A stretch of DNA of 64,000 nucleotides, taken from Anaeramoeba ignava BMAN (Eukaryota; Protista; Anaeramoebae). The DNA lies in contig JAPDFW010000086.1 in the NCBI GenBank assembly GCA_028826165.1, forward strand, positions 62,001 through 126,000, given 5' to 3'. Position numbers and translations under genes: made by a program. Of the stretch, positions 12,507-24,927 are shown one piece after another (position 1 is the first letter of the stretch; every line of letters starts with the position of its first letter). The notes below the pieces were generated by a model. That model searched no databases. It had not been told where the DNA came from and saw nothing but the letters and a program-made list of their open reading frames with translations.

Positions 12507-13756
12507 ATGGCAAGTCTTGTTACTTTAGATAAAATTCAATTTTATCTTCGAGATTTTAGAAAAGGTTTAATTTTATCTTGGAAAAATGTTTTTGAAAATT
12601 ATCCAAATTTTCATGTAAAAAGAAAAATTCATTTCTATAAAAAAAAAATTTTAATTTACAAGACAATTTTTAAAACAAAAAAATTATCATCAAAAAGATT
12701 GCAGAAGGAGATATATTTGGAGTTGACGCAGATGCAGTAGTATCTCCAGCAAATAGTTTTGGGTAAAATTTAATTAAAATTTTTTTTCAAATTAAAATTG
12801 AAAAAATTTTTTTCTTTCTTCTTTCTTCTTTTTCTTTTTAGTTTTATGGATGGTATAAATAAATAAATAATAAATCAATAAGTAAAACAATATTTAACAA
12901 ATTTTGTTGAATAAAAATTTAAATTTTTAATTGAATTTTAGGTGGAATTGATGCTTATTATACAAAGTAAAAATAAAATATAAAAAATAAAAATTTAAAT
13001 ATAAATTTATATTTAAAAATAAAAAAGAGTTTTTGGAATTCAATTACAAAATCGATTACAAGAAATTATCCGCAAAGAACATGATGGAGAATTACTTGTT
13101 GGAAAAGCAGTAATTTTACCAACAAATGTTACAAAAGTAAAAAACAAAAAAACAAATAAATAAAATTATTTTAAGAAATTTGGAAAATGAATGAAAAATA
13201 AAACAATTCATTTTGAATTTAGCCAAATGTTAAATATCTTATTTCAGCACCAACAATGAGAATTCCATTAGATATTAGAATGACAGCAAATGCTTTTCTT
13301 GCTTTTAGAGCAATTTTACTTGAATTAGAAAAATTTAATAAAAATGCATTTTTAAACAAAGAAGATCAAATTAAATCTGTATTATGTTGTGGATTAGGAA
13401 CTGCTGTTGGACTTTTGGAATATGATGTTTGTGCAAAACAAATGGTTGAAGCATATAATATTATAAGTGGATTTTCAAATGAAGAAAATAAAGAAAATAA
13501 AGAAAATAAAGAAAATAAAGAAAATAAAGAAATTAATCCAAAACATGAAATGAAAGAAAATAAAGAAAATAAAGAAAATAAAGAAAATAAAGAAATTAAT
13601 CCAAAACATGAAATGAATGAAATTAATCTAGTTCAAAAAATTCATCAAATTAAACTTCATTTTCCTAAATCTTTAAATGAAGCTATTAAAAAACATATTC
13701 AATTAATTACTCCTGATCCAGATTTTCAAGATTTAGTTAGAAAAAATAATCTTTAA
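12507..13756 (+). CDS. Macro-domain (ADP-ribose/Appr-1''-p processing) protein, 6 exons (12507-12614, 12698-12762, 12842-12852, 12942-12966, 13028-13136, 13223-13756)
   Basis: The spliced product reads EGDIFGVDADAVVSPANSFGFMDGGIDAYY...YLISAPTMRIP...CCGLGTAVG, which are canonical macro-domain motifs. Confidence 0.88.
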
Positions 13757-13881
13757 TTAATTAAAAAAAAAAAACAAAAAAAATGACTAATTTTTACGAA
13801 AAAGAAAAAATAAATTAAAAAATTTTTTTTCATTTTTTTTTTTCATTTTTCTTTTTTATTAACTTTTCTTTTTTATTAATA

Positions 13882-16800
13882 ATGAATGAAAAAAATATTT
13901 CTGTTGAAATTTTTACAATGAAAGAAAATGAATGGAAAAGTGAAGGAATTGGAATTTTAAATATTGAAATCAATGAAAAAGAGATTGAAATCAAACTTTT
14001 ATATGAAAATCAAAATCAAAATCAAAATCAAAATCAAAATCAAAATCAAATTCAAAATGAAAATCAAAATCAAAATCAAAATCAAAAAAATCAAAATCTA
14101 AATCAAAATCAAAATGAAAATCAAAATGAAAATAAAAATCAAAATCAAAATCAAAATCAAAATGAAATTGAAAATCAAAATCAAAATCAAAATCAAAATC
14201 AAATTCAAAATCAAAATCAAAATCAAAATCAAATTCAAAATCAAAATCAAAATCAAAATGAAAATCAAAATGAAAATAAAAATCAAATTCAAAATCTAAA
14301 TGAAAATCAAAATCAAAATGAAAATAAAAATCAAAATCAAAATCAAAATCAAAATCAAAATCAAAATGAAAATGAAAATAAAAATAAAAATGAAAATAAA
14401 AATCAAAATCAAAATCAAAATAAAAATCAAAATGAAAATCAAAATGAAAATCAAAATCAAAATCAAAAAAATGAAAATCAAAATCAAAATCAAAATAAAA
14501 ATCAAAATCAAAATAAAAATCAAAATGAAAATCAAAATGAAAATCAAAATCAAAATCAAAATCAAAATAAAAATAAAAATAAAAATAAAATTCAAAATAA
14601 AAATAAAATTGAAAATGAAAATAATATTCAAAATAAAAATAATATTGAAAATGAAAATAATATTGAAAATAAAAATAATATTCAAAATAAAAATAATATT
14701 GAAAATAATATTGAAAATAAAGAAATAAAATATAAATTAGAAAATAATTCAAAATGTACAATTCAACAAGGAACAATATTAATGTGTGAATCAAGTAAAA
14801 AAACACAACCAATCTTTGCAATAAGTTTTCAAACATCAATTGAATGCAAACAAACACTTGAATTTATAAAGAAAAACATAGAACTTGAAAATCACAAGGA
14901 AAATAAAATTATATTAAATGAAAATATCATAGAAGATCCTTTAGATTATGAATTTATAGTTTCAAATGATATTATTGATTTCCCAGAAACAGAACATGAT
15001 ATAACTGTTCCTGTTTCACCAAATACAAGTAATAATTCTTCTATCAATTTGCAAGAAATGGAAAAACTTCCTTTTCCTTATGAAGAAAATCTTAAATTTA
15101 TTGCAACTTTACTTTCAGATCATCCTTTTTATTTAAAATTTAAATTGATTTCAGAAATTCTTGAAAATGTAAATTTGATTTCAAAAAATAGTATTTTTTA
15201 AAAATGAATAATTTATTTTTTTTTTTGATTTTTCTTTTTAGGAATTCATACTCAATTTAATCGATCTCTTCCACAAAATCAAAGAAAAATTCATGCAAAA
15301 TAAAAATACAAAATCTTGGGAAAGTTTAGTATTTATAGCTTCCATTTTTAAAGCGTTAATACTTTTTGGAAACTCAAAAATTTTGGATATTATTTTTTCA
15401 AAAGATTTAATATTATCAACAATTGAAATATTAGAATATTATTTTCCAGACATAGAACATTGCAAAAAAAAGCTTGAAAAAGCAAGCAATCATTTAGAAT
15501 TTTTAACAAAAAAGGCAAAATTCCAAACAATAATTGATTTTGGAACACAAATTACAGAAACGATCCAATACATATATCACTTGGATTATCTCAAAGACAC
15601 TGTTTTGCCAAGTTTTGTGGATGAACCAATTTTATTTTACATCAATAACATGTCAATCACAAACAAGCAAGAAATCCTGAAATACATATACGGTGACACA
15701 AAATTTGTTTCGAATGTATTCAAAAAATTCAAATCAACAAACCCTACAAGCAAAGAAAGAGAAAAAATCATTGCATTTCTTTACGAACTTTATAAAACAA
15801 CTGCCACAGTTGAAATGAAGTTTGAGTTTTCATTTGCAAAAGAATTCAACGAGGCAGAAATTTTTGATATTCTTTACGAATCACTTCAAGATGAGAAAGA
15901 AATCATCAAAAAAAACAGTTTGAGTATTCTTTCTGTTTTCGTTTCGCGGAATTCAAATCTTTTTCGCAAATATTTGAAAAGTAGAGCACAAATAAATTCA
16001 GGATATTCTTTTGCTATGCTTCTTGTCAAAATTATCCATTCAGATCCTCACTCAGGAACTCGCATTTCTATATTGAATCTGTTTCGCAATCTTGTTGATC
16101 CCTCTCAATTTATTGATTTTATTGAAAAGGAAGATTGGGTTGAATTTTTCTTCCAAATTATTTTCCCAAATCTTTTGAATCCCATTTCGTCTCAAAAAAA
16201 CCTCAACAAAAACATAAATTTACAAAATAATTCAAATTCAAATTCAAATTCTCAAATTATATTCAATGATTTTGTTTCTTGTTTGTGCGATTTTCTTACT
16301 TTTTGTAACTCAACTTACCTCCAAAAAACACAAAATCATCTCATCCAAAATCAAATTCTCCAAAAAATACTATTGCAGCTTGAATTATCAAATGCAAACC
16401 ATACAAAACTTTCAATTCTGAGATTTTTTAGAGAAATTTTACTTCTAAATAATGCAAAATATTACAGCAACATTATTCAAAATAATTTATTCATCCACAT
16501 TTTCCATCTTATTGACAAAAACATACAAAAAGATAATATGCTTAATTCGGCTTTGAGGAACTTGTTTAAAACAATTTTGCAAAAGAAGATCAAAATCATT
16601 CTGGATCATTTACTTTTGGATCATTCAAAATATATTGAAAAATATTTAAAAATTGAATCATTTGGTTCAATTTTCCAAGATTTACTGAATTCAAATTTAT
16701 TATTAAATGAAACACCTACATTAAATCCAAATAATCCATTTGAAGAATCTTTATTAAATGAAATTCCTTTATTGAAAAGACAAAATGATTCAAAAAATGA

Positions 16801-17260
16801 AAAAATTATTGATTCAAAAAATATTCAAAATTACTCCAATTTAAGTGAATCCAAATTTCTTCAAGACAAACTTGATTCTCTTTATAAAATGGCAGATCCA
16901 AATCAACCAGAATTTCAAATTGAAACAAAAATAAGAAATACAAATGAAAAATTTACAAATTCATTTTTGGATATTTCTAACTCAAGTTGGATAACAAATA
17001 TGAAGATGAAAAAAAATGATCAAAATGAAAATGAAAATGAAAAAATATTAAAGAAAAAAAAGAAAAGAAAATCATTAGTAATTTATGATTCAGATTCAGA
17101 TTCAGATTCTGATTCAGATTCTGAAAATGAAAAAGAAAAAGAAAAAGAAAAAGAAAAAAATTCATTCCAAAAGAAAAAACATCGAATTCGTAAAAAGAAA
17201 AATAAGATTAAATCAAAACTTCAAAAAGAAATTTCAGAAACTTTTAATTTAAAAAATTAA
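13882..17260 (+). CDS. PPP4R3: Protein phosphatase 4 regulatory subunit 3 (PP4R3/SMEK/Psy2)-like, 2 exons (13882-15168, 15242-17260)
   Basis: EVH1-like N-terminus (W..EGIG, QQGTILM, AISFQTSIEC), SMK-1 region YHLDYLKDTVLP, DNMLNSA. The intron restores frame. Confidence 0.8.
14005..14725 (+). repeat. Coding QN/EN/KN hexamer repeat (about 240 codons) in PP4R3
   Basis: In frame, with no flanking GT/AG. Confidence 0.85.
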
Positions 17261-17335
17261 TTAATTAATTAATTAATTTGTGATAAAAATTTTTTATTTT
17301 CATTCTCATTTTTTTTTTAAAAAATAAAAAGAAAA

Positions 17336-17754
17336 ATGAATCAAACAAAAATCAAGAAAATTCATTTGAAATTTAATTAAAAAAAGGAAGAAAAGGAATA
17401 ATAAAAGATTTATCCAAATTATATGAAGAAAATGAAACAAAAGATTTTACAATAATTTTTGATAATGAAAAAGAAATTAAAGTTCATAAATTAATATTAA
17501 TAATAAGAATTGAATTATTTAAAGGAATGTTTTTAAATGTTCAAGATTCATCAAATCAAGTTCATGATTATTCAGGAAAATCATTTCAAACAATTCAAGA
17601 ATTCATTTATTTTATTTATCATGATAAATTTTCAAAAAATATCAAAAAAGAAAAAGAAATTATTTTAGAAGAATATTTTGATTTAAAAGATTATTATCAA
17701 TTAAATCAAAATTCAATAATTGATTTATTATTAAAAGAAGAAAATGAAAATTAA
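17336..17754 (+). pseudogene. Internally deleted ankyrin-BTB paralogue: start region fused to the last BTB domain
   Basis: ATG AAT CAA ACA plus short ankyrin fragments joined at AAAAAAGG to KKGRKGIIKDL...; in-frame stop at about 17376. Confidence 0.75.
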
Positions 17755-17808
17755 AATTAAATTTTCAAAAAATTCATTTTTTCATTTTCAAAATAATTAA
17801 ATAAAAAA

Positions 17809-19767
17809 ATGAAACAAACAGAACTAAATAAAGAATTAATTTCTAAATGTGAAAATGGAACATTTAAAGAAATTGAAAATTTAATTTTAAAAGGAGCTAA
17901 TGTTAATTCAATAAATTATAGAAATGAAACACCTTTACATTTAATTTGTAGATATCAACAAAATCAACAAAAAATATTTGAAATTATCAAATATCTAATT
18001 GAAAACGGAGCTGGTATTAATTCATTAAATTCAATAAATGAAACTCCTTTACATTATGCTTGCCAAAAAAATTCAATCGAAATTATTAAATATCTAATTG
18101 AAAACGGAGCTGATATTAATTCAAAAAATAATAAAAATGAAACATCTTTACATTATTCTTTCAAATATCATCAAGAAAATCTAATTGAATTAATTAAATA
18201 TTTAATTAAAAAAGGATCTGATATCAATTCAAAAAATAATAGAAATGAAACTCCTTTACACTATGCTTGTAGAAATAGAAACAAAAATACATTTGAAATT
18301 ATCAAATATTTAATTAAAAAAGGTGCTTATATCAATTCAAAAAATAATAGAAATGAAACTCCTTTATATAATGTTTGCAGATTTCAAGATCAAGAGGCAT
18401 TAGAAATTATCAAATATTTAATTTCAAAAGGTGCTGATATTAATTCAAAAAATAAAGAAAATGAAACACTTTTACATTATATTTCTAGATTACCAAGAAA
18501 TCAAAAAAATACATTTGAAATTATTAAATATTTAATTGAAAATAAAGCTGATATCAATTCCAAAAATTCATGGAATGCAACTCCTTTACATCTAATTTGT
18601 AAATTTCAAGATCATGAAAATACACTTGAAATTATCAAATATTTAATTGAAAAAGGAGCTGATATCAATTCCAAAAATTATCAAAATGAAATTCCTTTAC
18701 ATTTAATTTGTCAATATCAAGATCAAAAAAATTCATTTGAAATTGCTAAATATTTAATTAAAAAAGGTGCTAATGTTAATATAAACACAAAATATAATAA
18801 AACTCCTTTATATTTTGCAATTAAAAATCGATTAACAAAAATAATTAAATATTTATTGATGAATGATGCAAATATTCTTTATTTAAAACTAGATTCTCCA
18901 ATTACTTCAGAAATTATTGAAATATTTAATCAAATTTATTCAATTAATGATGATTTAAATAATTTATTAAAATCAAATGAAAATTTATCAGATTTTCAAA
19001 TTCAATCAAATGATTCTTTCAAATTTCAAGTTCATAAACAATTTCTTTTATTAAGATTTTATAATAATGAAACAATTTTACAAAAATTTATTGATATTTG
19101 TTCTCAAAAATCAAAAGAATATGTTCAAATTGCTTTAAATTTCCTTTATACTGGATTTACTAATTTTGATAATTATATTAAATTATTTGATACAATAATT
19201 GATTATTCTAATCAATGTAAACAAATTGGAAAAGGTTTCATTGAAGGAAGAATTACATATATTGAATTTAATCAAACAAGTGAAAAATTCAATAATTTAT
19301 TTGAAAAAGAAATTGAAACATTTCAAAAAGAAAATGAAATTATTTTAACATTATTTAAAGAAATTGGAATTGATTCAAAATGGATTGAAATAAAAAAAGG
19401 AAGAAAAGGAATAATAAAAGATTTATCCAAATTATATGAAGAAAATGAAACAAAAGATTTTAAAATAATTTTTGATAAAGAAAAAGAAATTAAAGTTCAT
19501 AAATTAATATTAATAATAAGAAGTGAATTATTTAAAGGAATGTTTTTAAATGTTCAAGATTCATCAAACCAAGTTCATGATTATTCAGGAAAATCATTTC
19601 AAACAATTCAAGAATTCATTTATTTTATTTATCATGATAAATTTTCAAAAAATATTAAAAAAGAAAAAGAAATTATTTTAGAAGAATATTTTGATTTAAA
19701 AGATTATTATCAATTAAATCAAAATTCAATAATTGATTTATTATTAAAAGAAGAAAAAGAAAATTAA
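17809..19767 (+). CDS. Ankyrin-repeat + tandem BTB/POZ protein (copy A), intronless
   Basis: About 10 ETPLH..C...IIKYLI.KGADIN repeats; BTB motifs SDFQIQ...FQVHKQFL and KDFKII...IKVHKLILIIRSELFKGMF. Confidence 0.9.
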   Translation: MKQTELNKELISKCENGTFKEIENLILKGANVNSINYRNETPLHLICRYQQNQQKIFEIIKYLIENGAGINSLNSINETPLHYACQKNSIEIIKYLIENGADINSKNNKNETSLHYSFKYHQENLIELIKYLIKKGSDINSKNNRNETPLHYACRNRNKNTFEIIKYLIKKGAYINSKNNRNETPLYNVCRFQDQEALEIIKYLISKGADINSKNKENETLLHYISRLPRNQKNTFEIIKYLIENKADINSKNSWNATPLHLICKFQDHENTLEIIKYLIEKGADINSKNYQNEIPLHLICQYQDQKNSFEIAKYLIKKGANVNINTKYNKTPLYFAIKNRLTKIIKYLLMNDANILYLKLDSPITSEIIEIFNQIYSINDDLNNLLKSNENLSDFQIQSNDSFKFQVHKQFLLLRFYNNETILQKFIDICSQKSKEYVQIALNFLYTGFTNFDNYIKLFDTIIDYSNQCKQIGKGFIEGRITYIEFNQTSEKFNNLFEKEIETFQKENEIILTLFKEIGIDSKWIEIKKGRKGIIKDLSKLYEENETKDFKIIFDKEKEIKVHKLILIIRSELFKGMFLNVQDSSNQVHDYSGKSFQTIQEFIYFIYHDKFSKNIKKEKEIILEEYFDLKDYYQLNQNSIIDLLLKEEKEN

Positions 19768-20102
19768 AAAAAGAGGAAAGGAGAAAAAATTTATTTCTTT
19801 TTTTTAATTAATTAAATAAATAAAAAAAAAGCAAAAAAAAATTTTTCATTTTAATTTTTCAATTTATTTTTTTCATTTTTTTTTTCTATTTTCTTTATTT
19901 TTATTTTGTGTTTTAATTTTAAACAACTTGAGTAAATTATTTTACACACAAAAACAAATTAAAAAACAAATCAAAATAAAAAAATTAATAAAAATAAAAA
20001 AATTAATAAAAATATAAATTAATAAAAATAACGGTTTTTTTTTTTAAATAAAAAATTTGGAAAAACAAAAACAAAAACAAACAAAACTTAAAAAGATAAA
20101 AA

Positions 20103-22006
20103 ATGAGAGAAATTGTTCATTTACAAGTTGGTCAATGTGGAAATCAAATTGGAACAAGATTTTGGGAAGATGTTTGTGGAGAACATGGTATTTCACATAG
20201 TGGAATTTATGAAGGAGATAATGAATTACAACTTGAGAGAGTAAATGTTTACTTTAATGAAGCAACTGGTGGTAATTATTTTTATTTTTCAAATCAATTT
20301 AATAAAACAAAACTCAAAAATTTGAGAAAAATTAAATTAAAATTAAAATTAAAATTAAAATTCATTTTGAAATTAAAATTAAAATTAAAATTAAAATTAA
20401 AATTAAAATTAAATTTAAAATTAAAATTAAAATTCAAAATTAAAATTAAAATTAAAATTAAAATTTAAAATTAAAAATAAAATTAAAATTAATATTGAAA
20501 TTAAAATTAAAATTCATTTTGAAATTTAAATTTAAACAGGAAAATATGTACCACGTTCAATCTTAGTTGATTTAGAAAGTGGAACAATGGATAACATTCG
20601 TTCAGGCAAATTAAAAACACTTTTCAAACCCAACAATTTTGTATATGGAACTACAGGAGCAGGAAACAATTGGGCAAAAGGACATTACACAGAAGGAGCA
20701 GAAATCAGCGAAAGCGTATTGGAAGTTTTAAGAAAAGAAGCTGAAAATTGTGAGTGCCTTCAAGGATTTCAGGTTACTCATTCTCTTGGTGGTGGAACTG
20801 GATCTGGATTGGGAACACTTCTTCTCTCTCGAATTAGAGAGGAATTTCCTGATAGAATGATTGCAACATTTTCAGTTGTGCCTTCTCCTAAAGTTTCTGA
20901 TACTGTTGTTGAACCTTATAATGCAACTCTTTCTGTTCATCAATTACTTGAAAATACTGATGAAGTTATGTGTATTGATAATGAGGCTCTTTATGAAATT
21001 TGTACAAAAACATTGAAACTTCCAAATCCTACTTATCCTGATTTAAATCATTTGGTTTCTTTTGGTATGAGTGGAATTACTTCTTGCTTAAGATTTCCAG
21101 GTAATTAATAAAAATAAAAATATTTTCAAAAACATGAAATTAAAAATAAATAAAATATTTTCAAAAACATGAAATTAAATAAAAATAAATAAAATATTTT
21201 CAAAAACATGAAATTTAATTAAAATATAAATAAAAATGAATTTAATTTAAATATTAAATAAATATTATAAATATATTTGTAAAATAGGTCAACTTAATTC
21301 TGATCTTAGAAAACTTGCAGTAAATCTTGTTCCATTCCCAAGACTTCACTTCTTCTTAATTGGAGTAGCACCACTAACAAGCATGAATTCACAAAATTAT
21401 ACAGCAGTATCAGTTGCTGAATTAGCACAACAAATGTTTTCACCTAAAAACATGATGGCAGCAGCAGACCCATCAATTGGTAAATACTTAACAGCATCTG
21501 CCATGTTCAGGGGAAGAATCCCAACAAAAGAAGTTGACGACAACATGCTTAATTTATTGAATAAATATCAAACCCAATTTATCGAATGGATTCCAAATAA
21601 TATCAAAAGCACTATTTGCGATATTCCTCCAAAAGGTCAAAAAATGAGTGTTACTTTCATTGGAAATTCAACTTCGATTCAAGAATTATTCAAAAGAGTC
21701 GGATCACAATTTAATAAAATGTTCAGAAGAAGAGCTTTTATTCATTGGTATCTTAATGAAGGAATGGATGAAATGGAATTTACTGAAGCCAAAAACAATA
21801 TGAATGATTTAGTCACTGAATATCAACAATATCAAGAAGCAAAATTGGAAGATGTGTTTGGTTATGAAGATGATGACACAATGCCAGAAACAAGAGGTGA
21901 AGATGAAGATGAAGATGATGATGATGATGCTCAAGTTTCTGTTGATTCTGGTCAAGATGATGGTGATGGTGATGGTGATGATGATGATGGTGAAGATGAT
22001 GATTAA
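20103..22006 (+). CDS. TUBB: Divergent beta-tubulin, 3 exons (20103-20271, 20540-21100, 21288-22006), 482 aa
   Basis: [76 protein letters not shown]. Confidence 0.97.
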
Positions 22007-22265
22007 ATTGTTCTTTTCAAAAAATAATAATAATAATAATATTATCAAATTTAAATTTCAAATTTCAAAATCCCAAATCGAGAAAAAATCCTTTTTTGAA
22101 GAAAACAAAAAAAGAAAAACAAATGAAAAAAAATGTTTCTTTGTTTCTTTCTTTTCTTTTCTTTTCTTTTCTTTTCTTTTCTTTTCCTTTTTTTTTGATT
22201 CATTTCATTTCAATTACAAATTTTCTTCAAAAAAAAAAATCAATTAAAAAATCAATTTTTTAAAT

Positions 22266-24872
22266 TTAAATTTTTAATTCTTTTAAAAATAAATCAATTA
22301 TTGAATTTTGATTTAATTGATAATAATCTTTTAAATCAAAATATTCTTCTAAAATAATTTCTTTTTCTTTTTTAATATTTTTTGAAAATTTATCATGATA
22401 AATAAAATAGATTAATTCTTGAATTGTTTGAAATGATTTTCCTGAATAATCATGAACTTGGTTTGATGAATCTTGAACATTTAATTGAAACATTCCTTTA
22501 AATAATTCACTTCTTATTATTAATATTAATTTATGAACTTTAATTTCTTTTTCTTTATCAAAAATTATTTTAAAATCTTTTGTTTCATTTTCTTTATATA
22601 ATTTGGATAAATCTTTTATTATTCCTTTTCTTCCTTTTTTTATTTCAATCCAATTTGAATCAATTCCAATTTCTTTAAATAATGTTAAAATAATTTCGTT
22701 TTCTTTTTGAAATAAATTATTGAATTTTTGAATTTTTTGATTAAAATAGTTTTTGTTTTTGTTTTGTTTATATTGATTAGAATAATCAAATAAATTATGA
22801 AATAATTTAACATAATTATCAAAATTAGTAAATCCAGTATAAAGGAAATTTAAAGCAATTTGAACATCTTCTTTTGATTTTTGAGAACAAATATCAATAA
22901 ATTTTTGTAAAATTGTTTCATTATTATCAAATCTTAATAAAAGAAATTGTTTATGAACTTGAAATTTGAAAGAATCATTTGATTGAATTTGAAAATTTGA
23001 TAAATTTTCATTTGATTTTAATAAATTATTTAAATCATCATTAATTGAATAAATTTGATTAAATATTTCAATAATTTCTGAAGTAATCGGAGAATCTAAT
23101 TCTAAATCAAGAATATTTGCATCATTCATTAATAAATATTTAATTAATTTTAAATTTCCTCTCTCGATTGCAAAATATAAAGGAGTTTTATTATATTTTG
23201 TGCTTATATTAACATTAGCACCTTTTTTAATTAAATATTTAGCAATTTCAAATGAATTTTTTTGATCTTGATATTTACAAATTAAATATAAAGGAGTTTC
23301 ATTTTGATTATTTTTGGAATTGATATCAGCTCCTTTTTCAATTAAATACTTGATAATTTCAAATGAATAATTTTGTTGAAATTTACAAGCTAGATGCAAA
23401 GGAGATTGACTTTCTGTGTTTCTTGAATTAACACTAGCACCTTTTTCAATTAAATATTTGATAATTTCAAATTCATAAATTTGTTGATATTGGTTTGTTA
23501 GATAATATTGAAATGAAGAATGCAAAGGAGTTTCATTCAATGAATTTTTGGAATTGATATCAGCACCTTTTTCAATTAAATATTTAACAATTTGGAATGA
23601 ATGTTCATTTTGTTGATATTGACAAATCAAATGTAAAGGAGTTTCATTTTTTTTATTTTTTGAATTAACATAAGCATCTTTTTCAATTAAATATTTGATA
23701 ATTTCAAATGATCTTTGGCTTTTGTATTTGCAAAAGGAATGTAAAAGTGTTTCGTTTTCAGTATTTTCAATATCAACATAAGTACCTTTCTCGATTGAAT
23801 ATTTGATAATATTAAACATATTTTGATTATTTTTTTGATATCGGAAAATTAAATGTAAATGTGATTGGTTTGATTTTGTTTTTGAATTAATATCAGCTCC
23901 TTTTGAAATTAAATATTTGATAATTTCTAATAATTTTTCATTTTTTTGATATTGACAAATATAATGTAAAGGAGTTTCATTTAATTTTGTTAATGAATTA
24001 ATATCTGCTTTGTTTTCAATAAAATATTTGATAATTCTCAATATATTTTCATTTTTTCCTTGAAATTTGCAAATCAAATGCAATGGAGTTTCATTTCTAT
24101 AATTTTTTGAATTAATGTCAGCTTTGTTTTCAATGAATAATTGGATAATTCTAAAGAATATTTGTTTTTTTCGATTTTTTCTAAATTGTAATCTAGAAAT
24201 ATAATGTAAAAGTGTTTCATTTTCTTTGTTTTTGGAATTAATATCAGCACCTTTTGAAATTAAATATTTGATTATTTCAAGTGTGTTTTCTTGATGAAAT
24301 CTGCAAGAATAAAATAATGGAGTTTTATTTTGGTTATTTTTTGAATTGATATCAGCTCTGTTTTTAATTAAATATTTGATAATTTCGATTGAATGTTTGT
24401 TTCTATTTCTACAACAATAATGTAATGATGTTTCATCTTTATTATTTTTTGAATTAATATCAGCACCTTTTGAAATTAAATATTTGATTATTTCAAGTGT
24501 ATTTTCTTGTTGATATTTACAAGAATAATGTAAAGGTTTTTCATTATAAATATTTTTTGAATTAATATCAGCTCCGTTTTTAATTAAACATTTAATAATT
24601 CTGATTGAATTTTTTTGACAAGCATAATGTAAAGGAGTTTCATTTATTGAATTTAATGAATTAATATCAGCTTCTTTTGAAATTAGATATTTAATAATTT
24701 CAATTGAATTTTGATGGTTTTGTTGATATCTACAAATTAAATGTAATGGTGTTTCATTTATTGAATTTATTGAATTAATATTAGCTCCTTTTAAAATTAA
24801 ATTTTCAATTTCTTTAAATGTTCCATTTTCACATTTAGAAATTAATTCTTTATTTAATTCTGTTTGTTTCAT
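22266..24872 (-). CDS. Ankyrin-repeat + tandem BTB protein (copy B), intronless
   Basis: Intact 868-aa ORF with about 16 ankyrin repeats; N-terminus almost identical to copy A. Confidence 0.9.
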   Translation of the reverse strand: MKQTELNKELISKCENGTFKEIENLILKGANINSINSINETPLHLICRYQQNHQNSIEIIKYLISKEADINSLNSINETPLHYACQKNSIRIIKCLIKNGADINSKNIYNEKPLHYSCKYQQENTLEIIKYLISKGADINSKNNKDETSLHYCCRNRNKHSIEIIKYLIKNRADINSKNNQNKTPLFYSCRFHQENTLEIIKYLISKGADINSKNKENETLLHYISRLQFRKNRKKQIFFRIIQLFIENKADINSKNYRNETPLHLICKFQGKNENILRIIKYFIENKADINSLTKLNETPLHYICQYQKNEKLLEIIKYLISKGADINSKTKSNQSHLHLIFRYQKNNQNMFNIIKYSIEKGTYVDIENTENETLLHSFCKYKSQRSFEIIKYLIEKDAYVNSKNKKNETPLHLICQYQQNEHSFQIVKYLIEKGADINSKNSLNETPLHSSFQYYLTNQYQQIYEFEIIKYLIEKGASVNSRNTESQSPLHLACKFQQNYSFEIIKYLIEKGADINSKNNQNETPLYLICKYQDQKNSFEIAKYLIKKGANVNISTKYNKTPLYFAIERGNLKLIKYLLMNDANILDLELDSPITSEIIEIFNQIYSINDDLNNLLKSNENLSNFQIQSNDSFKFQVHKQFLLLRFDNNETILQKFIDICSQKSKEDVQIALNFLYTGFTNFDNYVKLFHNLFDYSNQYKQNKNKNYFNQKIQKFNNLFQKENEIILTLFKEIGIDSNWIEIKKGRKGIIKDLSKLYKENETKDFKIIFDKEKEIKVHKLILIIRSELFKGMFQLNVQDSSNQVHDYSGKSFQTIQELIYFIYHDKFSKNIKKEKEIILEEYFDLKDYYQLNQNSIIDLFLKELKI

Positions 24873-24927
24873 TTTTTTATTTAATTATTTTTGAAAATGA
24901 AAAAATGAATTTTTTGGAAATTTAATT

